Below are positions 1 to 12,300 of a stretch of DNA of 64,000 nt, piece by piece; the stretch's first letter is position 1, and every line of letters starts with the position of its first letter. The stretch comes from Vitrella brassicaformis CCMP3155 (Eukaryota > Protista > Chromerida). A model generated the notes under the pieces. The model did not search any database and was not told the origin of the DNA. It saw only the letters and a program-made list of their open reading frames with translations. The position numbers and the translations under genes are program-made. The stretch is taken from assembly GCA_001179505.1 (NCBI GenBank), contig CDMY01000490.1, positions 3,027-67,026 on the forward strand, read 5' to 3'.

Positions 1-129
1 CGCTGCATCATCCACACCATCCATGCCTGTCTGTCTGTGTCTGTCCATCGGTCTACGCCTCTTGTGTCGGCCAGGGGGCGCAGACTGCGTGTCGCGGATA
101 GAACGAGACCAAGCTGTGCACACACACAC

Positions 130-1620
130 ACACACACAGTGCAAGAGATGGATTGCCCACTGAGCCCTCTGGTCAAATACCCACTTGTGGAGTGCGTCGA
201 TTTGCTGCCTCACTGGCAACGCTGATGACGCCCCACGCAGCTTCGACGACGGAGAAGCGCCAAGACGCACCAATCCAACCACCACCTGACACCGACGCAC
301 AGGACATGCCCCCGTCTATTTGTGTTTGTCTGTGTGCGTACTGCCAATGTCGCTGTCGTGTGCAGGAGTCTGCCTGGGGTGCATCTTGACCACAAGTGCA
401 TCGTCACTGGTCAAAGACATGTGCACACACACCGGGGAAAGATGGATTGATGGCTGTAGCATCGGTCTGTCTGACTCGTTCACCGACCGCGTGAGTGTTT
501 TGTATGTCGCGAGCAGGTCGGCCAACTCGACGCCATTCGTCAGGTACGCCAAGGCCAAATCGCGACGGCGGAAAGAGTAGCTGTGCGAGGCGATCTCAGA
601 CCAATGCCTTGGCGTCCACGACACATAAAGCAGAGAGAGAGAGAGAGAGATGGATGGAGACATGACGCCCGCTTGTGTGTTTGTGTCTGTGCTGACTACC
701 TGTTGGTCATTTGGTTGAGGTTTGTGTCTGTCTGCTCCTGCATGATGGCCCCCTTCAACGCGTCTGTCCACTGCTGCAGCTCTGTGTCGTCCGTCGAAGC
801 GATCCGCTTCCCCACACCAGCCAACACTTCACCTGAACACACACACGCACACACACATTTGTGTGCGCAGGGTGTCGTAGAGAGACTGGTGCACGAGCTG
901 GGAGAGGATGCTCAGGTGAACAGCTTCCTCGATGGACGGCGTGGGGTACTGATAGACCAGCAGGCTTGCTCCATTGACGTCGTCTGCATTTCGATGAGAC
1001 ATGAATGTATCCCCATTGACAAGTGTGTGTCAGGCAGACACTGCTTGTCGCGTGTGTGTGTATGTGTGTGTGTATGTGACCTGCCTTTGACTGAACGAAA
1101 CGTCTGAGACGTCGATCTGTTGGGAGAGCCTCATCCGCATATACGCACACGCACACGCATGAGATGGCATCTTGAGTAGTAAGTTGGCATCACATCACAC
1201 GAGTCAGTCGCCCATCAGAGTCACGTTCACACATTCACACGCGTTGGCTGGCACAGCCCCCAGAGTCCGTCAGAGAGGCCGCACACACATGGGCGAAGAG
1301 GGAGGTAAGGTGGGGTCAGAAGGTAGGTCGGTAGAACGGAGGCTAGATAGCATAGCTGCCTTTGCAAAGCCATTGTGTGTGTGTGTGGGGAGGGGGGGAG
1401 GGGTGAGAGGGGGGGAGGGTGTAGGCCACTCAGTGCCTGCCTGACTTTGTGGAAACGGAGTGAGAGAAGAAGCATGCTGTGCCTGCGCACTGCACGCACA
1501 CGACAACCGTGCAAAGACAGGACAGCTCTCCCTGCCTTTGCTGAGCCGTCTACACTTCGTAGGGAAGAAAAGCCAGACCGATCAGCACTTGTCTGTAGGG
1601 AACTCGCCAGGTACGTGACA
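130..1620 (-). pseudogene. M16A (insulinase/pitrilysin-like) peptidase, C-terminal fragment only; probably a truncated or degenerate copy
   Basis: Manually spliced minus-strand exons read DDVNGASLLVYQYPTPSIEEAVHLSILSQLVHQSLYDTLRT, EVLAGVGKRIASTDDTELQQWTDALKGAIMQ and RHWSEIASHSYSFRRRDLALAYLTNGVELADLLATY. These match the last M16 domain (L-x-D-x-LRT; W-x-EI-x4-Y-x-F-x-R). There is no room upstream for the HXXEH domain, and the QLGY exon appears to be missing. Confidence 0.6.
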
Positions 1621-1632
1621 GCACTCGTGTCT

Positions 1633-2253
1633 TCATACGCGAAACGGGACCTTGGGTCGCCACTTGGTGGCGATTCGATTCAGTTGCTCTTTCGTCTCGT
1701 CCGCCCTGGCCTGCTGGGCCATCGTCGTCTTCAGGTACCTCGGCTCACGTCGCGGCGGTGGCAGCATGAAGGCGGCCGGCGCACCACCTCCATTGGGCTG
1801 CCCCTGACCCTGACCCTGCTGCTGCTGGAAAGCCCCCATCACAGCATCGCCGCCCTGTCCCTGCCCTCCATTGCCTCTCTTGGGCGTCTCAATGGAGGGC
1901 AGGGAGAGGTTGGCGGTCCAACGCTCAATCAGCCACTCTATCTCCTCTTCAAGTGTCAGGGTGGGAACTGGTGGCGCTTGGCGCTGGGGGCGTGGGAAGC
2001 AGCCGACGGGAGGCGGGATGGAGAAGCCGTCCGGGTTGGGGCCGAACCCCGTCAGCACGACGGGTGGCGGGGAGTAGCCGGGTGTGGGTGAAGGCCACTC
2101 GAGGGGCTCGAAGGGGTTGTCTTCCTCTTCCTCATCATCACTCGATTCCTCATCAAATCCCGACCACCGTGGCGGCGTCGGCGCGCGAGGCCGGGCCGGC
2201 GGCGGCAGCGGAGCCAAATCTGAGGATTGCAAGCAGACGAGACGAAGCCACAC
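1633..2253 (-). CDS. Hypothetical Pro/acidic/Gln-rich protein (structure uncertain)
   Basis: 206-codon ORF free of intron-type microsatellites (DEESSDDEEEED, QQQQGQGQGQ, EEEIEWLIERW). No family recognised. Confidence 0.4.
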   Translation of the reverse strand: MWLRLVCLQSSDLAPLPPPARPRAPTPPRWSGFDEESSDDEEEEDNPFEPLEWPSPTPGYSPPPVVLTGFGPNPDGFSIPPPVGCFPRPQRQAPPVPTLTLEEEIEWLIERWTANLSLPSIETPKRGNGGQGQGGDAVMGAFQQQQGQGQGQPNGGGAPAAFMLPPPRREPRYLKTTMAQQARADETKEQLNRIATKWRPKVPFRV

Positions 2254-2506
2254 GGATCCAGTGACTTGTTAGTCAGCATATGCATGCATGCATATGACCC
2301 GTCGTGCTGCCTTCCTTTCCTCACCTTCCGAGTTGATGAGGGACCTCTCTGCCTCTCTCCCTTCCCCGCCAAGCTCCCCTTGCACTGCCCTCGTCCCCGC
2401 GTTGCTGAAGAACCGCTCGAAATCCATATCGGCGGCAGCCGGTATCAGAACCAATCGGAAAGACAGAAATTAAAGCTGTTCGGTTGTGGATTCAACAACG
2501 ACGACA

Positions 2507-3711
2507 ATGCAACGTCTGCTGCTCTCGATTTGCACTGCCGCTTCTTCTTCGAAAGTCGTGCAGCTCGCAAATAAGCTCGCAGCTCTGAATGAACGTGAAG
2601 GCGGCAATTCGCAGGCTGCCAGGCCTCTCGAGGTGCGGCACATTCGCTGTGTGGCAAAATGCATCCACATCAAGGGCAGCTGGTGAGTTACACAGGATGC
2701 AGCCAGATCTGGGCATCTGCATTCATCGAACATGCTCTCTGGTGTGGATCTGTTGTTCTGCAGATGCCCATACTCCGAGTGGCTCATCGTCGCTGACTCA
2801 CGTGGCATCGGATGATGGCAAGGCGCAGATGGTCGATGTGTCGGTACCCAATGCTCACACACAAATTGCCGGAACACAGAGCATGGCACGGCCTATCTGT
2901 TCGCTGGTGTGTGTGTGTCTGATGTGTGTGTGTGTGTGTGTGTGTTGCAGGGCAAGGTGCCGACACGGCGCACCGCCATTGCAGGGTCCCGTGTGCTGCT
3001 GGGCCAGGAGGTGTTCCGGCTTGTGCAGGAAAACCTCATAAAGAAAGGCAAGCTGAGCTGATAGACCACTCCCTCCTCCCTTCCAGCCAGTGAGTGCCGC
3101 CGTGCCGTATGTGTGTGTAAGTATGTTGGTTACGTCGCTTGCAGGCGATGTGCTGACCACTGCCAAACTGGCCGGCATCATGGGCAGCAAGAGGACCGCC
3201 GACCTGGTCAGCCAGCCTCCCAAACCATGAGCGGTGCTGTGCTGAATTCTGCATTAATTCTCTTGGTTGGTGTGTGCGGTGCAGATCCCCCTGTGCCACC
3301 CTCTCTCTCTATCTCACGTCGATGTGTCCCTCACACTCGATGCCAATGACCATGCAGTGGACATCCGGGCTGAGGCCACCACTGTGCATACGACTGGCGT
3401 CGGTAAGTGAGCTGAGCTGGAAGGAAGGCACACAGACGACACACCAGGCATTAACTGCATTGCGTGTTCTCTTCTGGCAGAGATGGAAGCACTGACTGCT
3501 GCCTCGGTGGCGGCTCTCACTGGTGAGCTCCCCACATGGGCAACCGATGCATCTGTCTGTCTATCCCTGTGTCTGTCTGAATGGTTCATGCCATGCAGTC
3601 TATGATATGTGCAAGTCGGCGTCCAAGGCCCTCGTCATCACTCATGTCCGCCTCCTCGAGAAGACAGGAGGCAAAAGCGGACACTTTATTGCGGGGCGAG
3701 AGCCGGGATGA
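2507..3711 (+). CDS. moaC: Molybdenum cofactor biosynthesis protein MoaC (cPMP synthase; CNX3/MOCS1B-like) with N-terminal transit-like extension, multi-exon
   Basis: Exons give [78 protein letters not shown] and [12 protein letters not shown], all canonical MoaC motifs. Confidence 0.95.
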
Positions 3712-3920
3712 GATGAGTGTGTGTAGGGCTGGCTGCCCTTTCGTGTAGTCAGTGAGTGCATGGCAGGCAGACTGCGAAAGGGCTGGCTGGGTTGCGACAG
3801 ACAGCAATGCGATCGATCGGTTGATTGCATCCGATGGACAGCCCGTCTCCCTCTTGAATCAAGTCACTACGCGCCATGTGCCTATCCGCCACCCATTTAC
3901 CCCTCGCCCAACCATGGAAT

Positions 3921-6121
3921 CTATCGGTCCACAAACAGAATCCCACCAGTAGGCATGGCCACTTGCCCTCCGAACACCATGACCGGAGGCATGAGTGTCA
4001 TGCTCTCTTCCGAATATGCAGGCGGAGTCGCCGGAGGGCCTGCCGTGCTCGTCGGTGACGCAGAAGAGGGAGGCGCTTGCGGTGTGGTCGATGACGCCTC
4101 CATGCCCATCGGCCCGCCTGTTTCCTCGCCCCCAATCGGCTCTCCTGTACTAGAAGTGCTTGCGACGCCTTCCATGGGAGCAGCGGTGGATGACGTTGTC
4201 TCGTCCCCCTCCACTGGTACAGGGGTCGGTGTGGTTGTCGCCTCGCCCTCGAGCGGCTCGGCAGTGCTACTGCTGGTGAGCTCGCCTTGCAGTGGCTCGG
4301 GAGTGCCAGTGGTGGTGGGTCTGAACCCCAGCATCTTTGCTGCATAAGGGGGTGGCGTGAAAGTCGTCACGTGGGGAGGGGGGAGCCGAGGGGGTGGGGT
4401 GGAAGTCGTGGCCTCGCCAATGAGAGGCCGTGGGCTGGGAGAGGTGGAAACCACAAGATCAGCCGTCGGCAAAAGAGTCGTCGATGTCGTTGTGTTGAGC
4501 AATTCTGGCTCCACCCCACAATTCAGTGTTGGCGCCGTCGGGATCGGCGATAGCGCTTCTGCTTGCGGCGGACCGGAAGGCCCAAATGCCGGGGGGAAGT
4601 CACTCGGCATGACAGTGGGGGGCCGATAAGATGCTGGCGGGAAGTCCGTCGCTTGCTTGTTTTGCGCCATCTCGTTCTCACTGGTGGTGGGTGATGTCTC
4701 GGGGTATGCCTGGATGGGGTGAGCAGCAGGAGGTGGCACAGGCTCCCCGCTGGCCACCTGACAAGACAACCGTCACACCTTGAGCACATGGAACACTCAT
4801 TCTCGAGACAGACCCACCGGCTGTGTGGGCTGCCACGGGGTGCCAGGGATGGGGAACGGGGGAGACATGGGGCCGTTAGGCGACAAAGGGGGACCGCCCG
4901 CATACGGGACAGGGGGCCCCTAGCAACCATACACAGGGCAATGGTACATCTTCGCAGCAGTCGTTGCGTACCATCGGTGTCCCCGGCATCGGTGGAGGGA
5001 AATAGGGGGGACCCTGCCGACCGGCCCAAAATGAAAATGCACTTATGGATGGATGCCTTTCTCTCCGGCCACTTACCATCGGCTGCATTGGTGGAGGGCC
5101 ACTCGCATTGGATGACGGCCCACCACCAGACGCATTGAATGGCACCTGCAGTGTTGCAACCATGATTCCACCCGCCCGACGCCGTCATTACTCTGTGTCG
5201 CCTCACCATTGGCCCTCCGTATGAGCCATTGTAGATCGGCGGCTGATTGATGGCAGGGTAAGGGGGGGGAGCCTGAACCATGCATCCAACATGTGATCGA
5301 TCCGTCTTATCCATCATTGCTCTCTCCACTGACCATTGGCACCCCCGGCTCAACCGCGCTGCCGTTTATCGGGAGAGGCTGGTAGGGCGGGGTGGCATTG
5401 TCCGGAGGCATCACGGGTGCCGTGGCGTTGGCGTCGTTTGGTGGCAGGGGGGAGACTGGCGGAAAGTCATCGACGATGGTCACACGATAGACGAGGAAGG
5501 GCTCTTCTCCTTCGTCAATGCCACTGTTATCCCCGACCGCATTGACTGCACGAAGGAGAAAACAGGGAAGCACATATATGATATAGAAGGATGTGTGTTG
5601 TGGCTCTCCCTCCCTACTGTACCGCTGCTGTCCGTCCCTCCCTTCAAAGGCCCTTTGGGTGAGCCTCGATGGCGATACCTCCGTTTGAGCACACTATGCG
5701 CCGGCATTGCCCGTCTGTGTGCCTTCATCACCTGATGAGCGTGGCCTTTCTTGTGGCCGCCAGCCTTCTTCCTCAGCAGCCGACGAGTCGCCCCGCGGTT
5801 CCTCCGCTGACGGCTGCCGGCGAAGCTCTCTTCCCGTCAACTGCTGACGGATCCATAGCGGCGCTGCAAGAGGTGGGAGCGGCTGGTATGATGCTGCAGC
5901 TGATGTGATGCATGGTAGGTCCAGTGGTCCTGCTGATCTCTGCTCACGAGCCTCCTCCGCAGTGCCGTGCTGCCTTCATGGAGTGAGATCTCGTCTGCAT
6001 GACTTATCGCGCCGCTGCCGTCCCGTGTGTGGCGTTGGCGTGCAATACCTTGGCTAGATGAAGAGGCGACGCTGGACGCCAGATGGATCACGAGGATCCA
6101 TAGAACGCCACAGCCTTCCAT
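3921..6121 (-). CDS. Putative secreted Pro/Thr/Ser-rich mucin-like protein (exon structure and 5' end uncertain)
   Basis: Candidate signal peptide MEGCGVLWILVIHLASSVAS at 6121. Short exons each end in ...PM|gt, with multiple N-x-S/T sequons (NAT, NGS, NAS). A long P/T-rich final exon spans 3921-4760. Confidence 0.45.
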
Positions 6122-6345
6122 ACTTGGGGTGGAAAACCGGCCTGGCCGCTGGACCTGGCCAAATGGCATGCGAGCTTGCGAACCTTCCTTGTGCGAGCTT
6201 TGCGGTCTTCCGACCGTAGATCACCTTCCCTCCCCATTACCACACAGAGTGACCTGCAGAGACTGCGCATTATCCATCAAATCGAGCTCATCGCCAGCAC
6301 GTAGCGTCGAGGTGATTCATCTTGCTCTTGTGTGAGTGAGCAAGC

Positions 6346-7957
6346 ATGGCGTGGCGGTGTCACGGCAATACACATCGAGAGCTCATCGACAACCTGCAGA
6401 GAGCCGGGTGAGGTGGCACACAAAGGGAGCGCCTTCAGAGATGCGTATCTGGGAGAGACGAGGGATGGTGGCCGCCGACTCTGTGTGTGCGTGTGTGTGA
6501 TGGATCAGGCTGCTCCGCACTCCCCGGGTTATCGAAGCCATGAAGAAAATCGACAGAGGTATGCCGAACGGACGGGGTGCTCAATGCCGCCTTTGTTCTC
6601 GTTCGTCTCTCTTTCACCGGGATGTCATGTGCACGTACAGGTCACTTCACGGTAGAGGGTCCCACGTCGGCCATGTCCTATCGCGACTCCCCGCAGCCCA
6701 TCGGCTACAACGCCACCATATCGGCGCCACACGTGGGAAGCCACCCAGACACCCAGTCACGCCCGAGTCCTGAGTGGTTGTGTTTGCCGTGCCGGCATCT
6801 TGTTTGTTACGCCAGATGCATTGCGAGATGATTGAGCTGCTGGAGGGCCACCTGAAAGACGGAGCAGTGGCGCTCGACGTGGGCAGCGGTCAGTCAGCCT
6901 GTCTCAGTCAAGCCAAGACACACGCGACGTGCGAGGACCTTTCTTGCTTGGTGTCGGTGTTTGTCAGGTTCTGGGTATCTGACGGCTGTCATGGCCGATC
7001 TGTGCTCGCCTACAGGTAGAGTAGGTACACACACAAACACACACGAACGAACGCGGCGGATCACGGTGGTGCATCCGGCTGCCCGTGTCCGTCCCATGCT
7101 TCCTTGTGTGTCAGGCCGCACGTATGGCGTGGAGCACATCCCCGAGCTGGTCGAGATGTCGCAGGCCAATGCCGAGAAGTCATGCCCACGACTGCTGGCT
7201 AGTGGTACGACCGACCAACGACACATGACTTACACATGTCAGCACCAAGCAACCATCCCACCCACCTCATGTGTGTGTATTGACCTACCTGTCTGTCTGT
7301 CTGTCTTCAGGCTGCCTGAAGTTTGTAGTGGCCGACGGGCAGATGGGCCTGCCTGACGCCGAGTGCCGGTCGCTCAAGCAGGAGGGCAAGGAGATGCCCC
7401 TCTTCGACGCCATACACGTGGGGGCTGCCGGTGAGCGGAGCGGGCCAAACACGGGCGAGAGGAGACCCCAGGAGGCCAAACACGGGCGAGAGGAGACCCC
7501 CCGCTGGGTGGATGCACCTCTCTCTCTCTGGCTCTTTCTCTCTTGGTGTGTGTGGGTGTGTGTGTCTGTGTGTGTGTGTGTGTCAGCTGCTGCGATTCCC
7601 GATAGTTTGTTGCACCAGTTGAAGCCGGGGGGTGTGATGGTGATCCCGGTCGGGCCAAAGGGAGGCGACCAGACCCTCATGAAAGTGCGTCACACCACCA
7701 ACATACACAGGCCGGCCGGCACCCCCTGCAAAATGGTGATGTCTGTGTGTCTGGTTGATCAGCTGACCAAGGACGCTGCCGGCCGCGTGCATCGCGAGAA
7801 CATCACTTCGGTCATATTTGTGCCTTTGGTAGAACGAACGGCCGGCCACCACCAACACACTCGGTGTGCCTATGTCATGTGCTCTCATGGTGTGTGTGTG
7901 TGTGTGTGTGTGTCAGACGAGCAAGGAGGCGCAGCTGGCAGACGACAACTCGACTAA
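6346..7957 (+). CDS. PCMT1: Protein-L-isoaspartate O-methyltransferase, multi-exon
   Basis: Exons MAWRCHGNTHRELIDNLQR, YRDSPQPIGYNATISAPH-MH, ALDVGSG-SGYLTA, GVEHIPELV, FDAIHVGAA and QLKPGGVMVIPVG are PIMT signature motifs. Confidence 0.96.
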
Positions 7958-8556
7958 AGTGAACCTGCTGAGCCTAATGCTCTCCTCGCTCAGAGGCCAA
8001 GGAGAGTAGTTACTACACAGATTGGTGGATGGATGGATGCCTAGAGGCCGATGCGTAGATGAAGGGGCTCTGTCTGCCTGCCTCTCTGCCTGCCTGTCTG
8101 TCTGCCTGCCTGCCTCTCTGTCTGTCTGTCTGTCTGTCTGTCTGTGTACATATAGCAGCGAGTGGACGTGGGCATATATCTTTTTGCCGTACGAGTGAGT
8201 CGGTCTTTTTCGGTGTGTCGGCGTGTGTGAGAGACGTGACGTGTTTTTCGTTCGTTGCAATGCATCCATGTCCAGCTGCCGGTGCTTGTTCGGACCGGCG
8301 AAGGCGCCTGGCATGGCAACACTGCTGCCAAGGCACCTTCGCCACGCCGACACAAGCACACAGGCAGACGGTCAGTGAGACCCACGTGTCACGAAAAATC
8401 CGCACAACAGACTCTGAGAGTCCGCGAGTCAAAAATCAAGACCGTCCTCCATCCATCGCCATGCACTGACGTCCAGAATCCCCAGATGCAGTCGCACAAC
8501 ATCCGAAATGACTGGCCGGTAACTATCGTACTCAGCACTCCCCGCCCAGCCGTCGA

Positions 8557-8628
8557 TCTCCGGTAGTATAGTGGTCAGTATCGCCGCCTGTCACGCGGCA
8601 GACCCGGGTTCGATTCCCGGCCGGAGAG
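8557..8628 (+). tRNA. tRNA-Asp(GTC)
   Basis: 72-nt cloverleaf: acceptor TCTCCGG/CCGGAGA, D-arm TAGTATAGTGGTCAGTA, anticodon arm GCCGC-CTGTCAC-GCGGC, T-loop GGTTCGATTCC. Confidence 0.97.
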
Positions 8629-9327
8629 TGTGAACTATTCAACATCCTTTCTGCGGCTTTTCCGGTGTGCATTGCATTGCCACGTCAGTCAGTTGCGGTC
8701 TGTCTTTCCGGTGTGATTTGCATCGCCACATCATCCTTGGCCTTTCCGGTGTCGCTGACTGTCTCTCTCCTTCGTTCACGGCGGCATTTTGACCCCCGCG
8801 GCCCGCCGCCGGGAATGTGTGTTGTGAGTCCTGATCACGTGGATGGCCTGCTACATTTGCCACAGTCCTCCCAGATCTGCTAAGCTCGCACAGGAGCTCG
8901 CAATTGAACCCGCTTTGGGCGTGGAGTTTAGGAGTCTTGGCTGAATGCCGGTCGTCTCGTCGTCCGAAGGCCCTGTCGTCATGGTACGCGCACCACACAC
9001 ACAGATGCGCAGTCAGGACGGGCCGATATGGCGGCTCGAGCTGGTGGCGTGAGGCGAGGGAGTCGAGGAGTGCCGTCTCTTACTTTGCTACGGACGGGCT
9101 TATTTATGTCGCGCTAGAGTGATGCAGAAGCTGCCTTTTATCTACTACTATCATCTATTCTCTTGCGAGACTTCAGCTTTAGCTATTGGCTGCCGAATGA
9201 TCCCACGCTCTGCTATGTAGTGTGTCTGACTGACTCATCGACTGATTCATACACGACGCACTGTGGCCCTTGTTACCTGTCCCTCCCTCCACGCGCGCGC
9301 GCGTGTGTGTGTATGTGTGTGTGTGCA

Positions 9328-12300
9328 GGACACCGAGAGCCACGGCGGTTACGTGAGTGCATCGCTGGTCAAGGGCGAATCGCATGTGCCCCGCCCCCTC
9401 CACCCCCACCACTCCCACCCGCCTCACCCATCGGACGTCCACAACAGTTGGGATGAGGTCATGATGGGGGGTGACGAGGAGGAGGAGGAGACCATGGAGA
9501 GCCGGGGAGAGGGGGACGGGGGAGAGGGGGGAGAGGGCGACGAGCAACACCCGCAGCACGGCAGCAGCAGGGACGAGGCGCAGATCGTCATGGACGCCGA
9601 GAGCGCTCTGCAGAGGTACTACGGATGGGCGGAGAGTGGGTGGGGTGCGTGGTGTGACATGTGCCTGTCGTGTCCATTTATTTCTCTTTCTGTGTTTTTG
9701 TTTGCTTGTGTATGTGATGTGATGTGCAGTGTGTGTGGGAGAGGTGGTGTGAAGGATATGAATGCAGCGACACACCATGCACACACACTCATCAAGATGG
9801 CCAGGGAGGCGGAAACGGTCAGTCAGCAAGCAAAGCAACCAAGCAAACAAGACTGCCTCAGGTCTGTGTGCCTATGTGTGTGTGTGTGCATTCGTCATTC
9901 AGGTGGGCTGCCGCACTGAGTCTCTGCGGTGCCTGGTGCAGTACATCCAGGCCATCCCAGCCGCATACAACGACACTGCCGAGGCCCTATTCGCTAGCTG
10001 CAAAGACACAGACCAACAGGCAGGCAACCACCACACACACACCGACGAACGAACATCCGGACATCCATCCTTCCCGTACTGCGGTCTGTGTTTCAGGTGT
10101 CCGACTACGCCACGAGCCTGCTGCCGTGTCTGTGCACCACTGCGCCCTCTGACGAGTGCCGCCGACGCGTGCTCGACTTCACTCTGGGAGTTTACCATCA
10201 GCAGTGTCGCCATGTGAGCGGTGTCGGTGAGGGGGCAGCGGGGCAGGACGTGTGCGACCTGCCCGTCACATCTGCGCTCGCACAAATCGCATACCAGTTC
10301 CCACAGGGTAACTGAACTGACAGACGAACTCGGCTGGAATGCTTCACGGATGGATGGATGGATGGTCAGAGTGTCTTGACGGCCTGGTTGACACGAGTGT
10401 CATGGCGGCATTTGGCGCGTCGACGGCCGCTGTGAATGCGCACTTCATCAGCAGACAGGTAAGTAGGTCGGTCGGTCCGCCAAACAAGCTCTTGGTGGCC
10501 CACCCCGTCTGTATAAGTGTGTGTGTGTGTGTGTCTGTGTGTGGTGCAGTGGCTGGCCTACGAGCAGCGTCACCCACTCACCGGCACCGTGAGCGGGCGA
10601 GACCTGCACGAACGGCGCATACAACACGCGGAGATCATCCTGCAGCAGGTCGGTGGCGGTGCGGTGGGCGTCACTGCTTCACGGCTCATCTAATCTTATC
10701 CAATCATCATTCTTTTCTTTGTGCTGTGTCATGAACGTGACGTGTGCAGTTGGCGTCAGCGGACCATCCCGAGTTGACCGAGAGCATATCGGCTCTGCAC
10801 CAGTGCTGGGTGGCCCTCTACGCAGCTCACATTCCCACGCAGACACAGCACCCTGAAGACACAGACAGGGACAATGGTACATACGGACCAGAGAGAAACC
10901 GACACACACACACACACACGCACACACAGGGCGATGCATGCTCATGGGCATGAACCTACCTTGGTTTGTGTGTTGTAGGTGAGTATGGCGATAGTGCCGA
11001 GGGTTTGGTGGCAGATAGTGTGGGTGGCGAGGCGAGCAAGGAGATGGCCGAGGGGGATGAAGAGGGGGAGATTGAGGTGGGCCCGGCCCGCTATACACAA
11101 CACACACGGCGAGAGAGAGAGCGACGCGACACGTGTGGCATGGGTTGGTTATTCATGTGTGCCATATTATCAAATTATCAATCAGGAGGACGAAATCCCG
11201 TATGAGCGGCTCCCCGACCACAACTCGCCAAATGGTGACAGCACAGCACAGCACAGCACAGCACACAACACACCAAATGGAAAGACCTGTGTTGCAATGC
11301 AATTGTGTCCCGTATGTTGCGTTGCGTGTGGTGTGTGTGGTATCATCTAACATCAGTGTGTGTGTTCATTTTCAACCTGGAGCCGTCGATGGACCCCACG
11401 GAGCTCCGCACACGCCTCGAGCGGTACGGCGACATCGCCGCCATGGAGCCCTCGTCAACCAAACCCACGAGAGTCCAATTCAAACGCATCGAAGACGCCA
11501 AGGTGGGTGGGTTGATTACCATACCAGTAGACTCACTCACAGAGAGAGAGGGGCACCGCATGGCATGCATTTGTCATCTCATCCATCCATCAGTCGGCGA
11601 AGCGAGGTCTCGATGGCAAGAAGGTGGGCAACCGCGTGCTGCAAGTGCTGTTCGCCAACCTGGACGGCTCCTGCCCTGGCACCACACCACCACCGCCCAC
11701 ATCCACACCCGAACACCCACACAACATCATGCCGCCCAACCCCCATTGTGGCCCCTTCCCGCCCCCTCTGCTCCCGATGTCTCTGCCCCCACTCGCTCGC
11801 CCTCCGATGGGCTTGCCCCCGCCGCCGCCGGCGGCCGTCTTTCCTCCGCCACCGATGGTGTCCCCATTGCCCCCTTTGCTGCCAATGGTGAGGCCCGCTC
11901 ACCTCATGCCGATTGTTGGTGTGGACTTGGGCGTGGATGCCGTCAAGGGGCTGCTGGGACCGAAGCCGCCCGATGAGGCGATCGGAGGGCGAGGGGAAGG
12001 GGGAGAGGGAGATGGGGACAGAGAGCTGGGGGCCATGAAGGTCGGCGATGAAGGTCGGTGAGAAACAGGAGCCAGCCAGCGATCCTGATGTACATCTTTC
12101 TCTCCCCCCCCTGTCTGTCTGTGTGCGTGTGTCGATCAGAGAGAGCGCCACGTGACGACATGGCAATTGAGAGGCCCCTCTCCGTCGACGGCTCTGCCAG
12201 CGCCCCACGCGAGCACCCAGAGGACGACCACACGCCCCCTGACACCAACAACAAGATGGACACCACCATTGCCACCACCAGTAATAGCAAACCAGACACA

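Noticed and set aside
7444-7500. Two 26-bp direct repeats (GCCAAACACGGGCGAGAGGAGACCCC) resembling a mini CRISPR
   Set aside because: Only two copies with a 5-nt spacer inside a PCMT1 intron, in a eukaryote with no cas genes; a simple tandem duplication.
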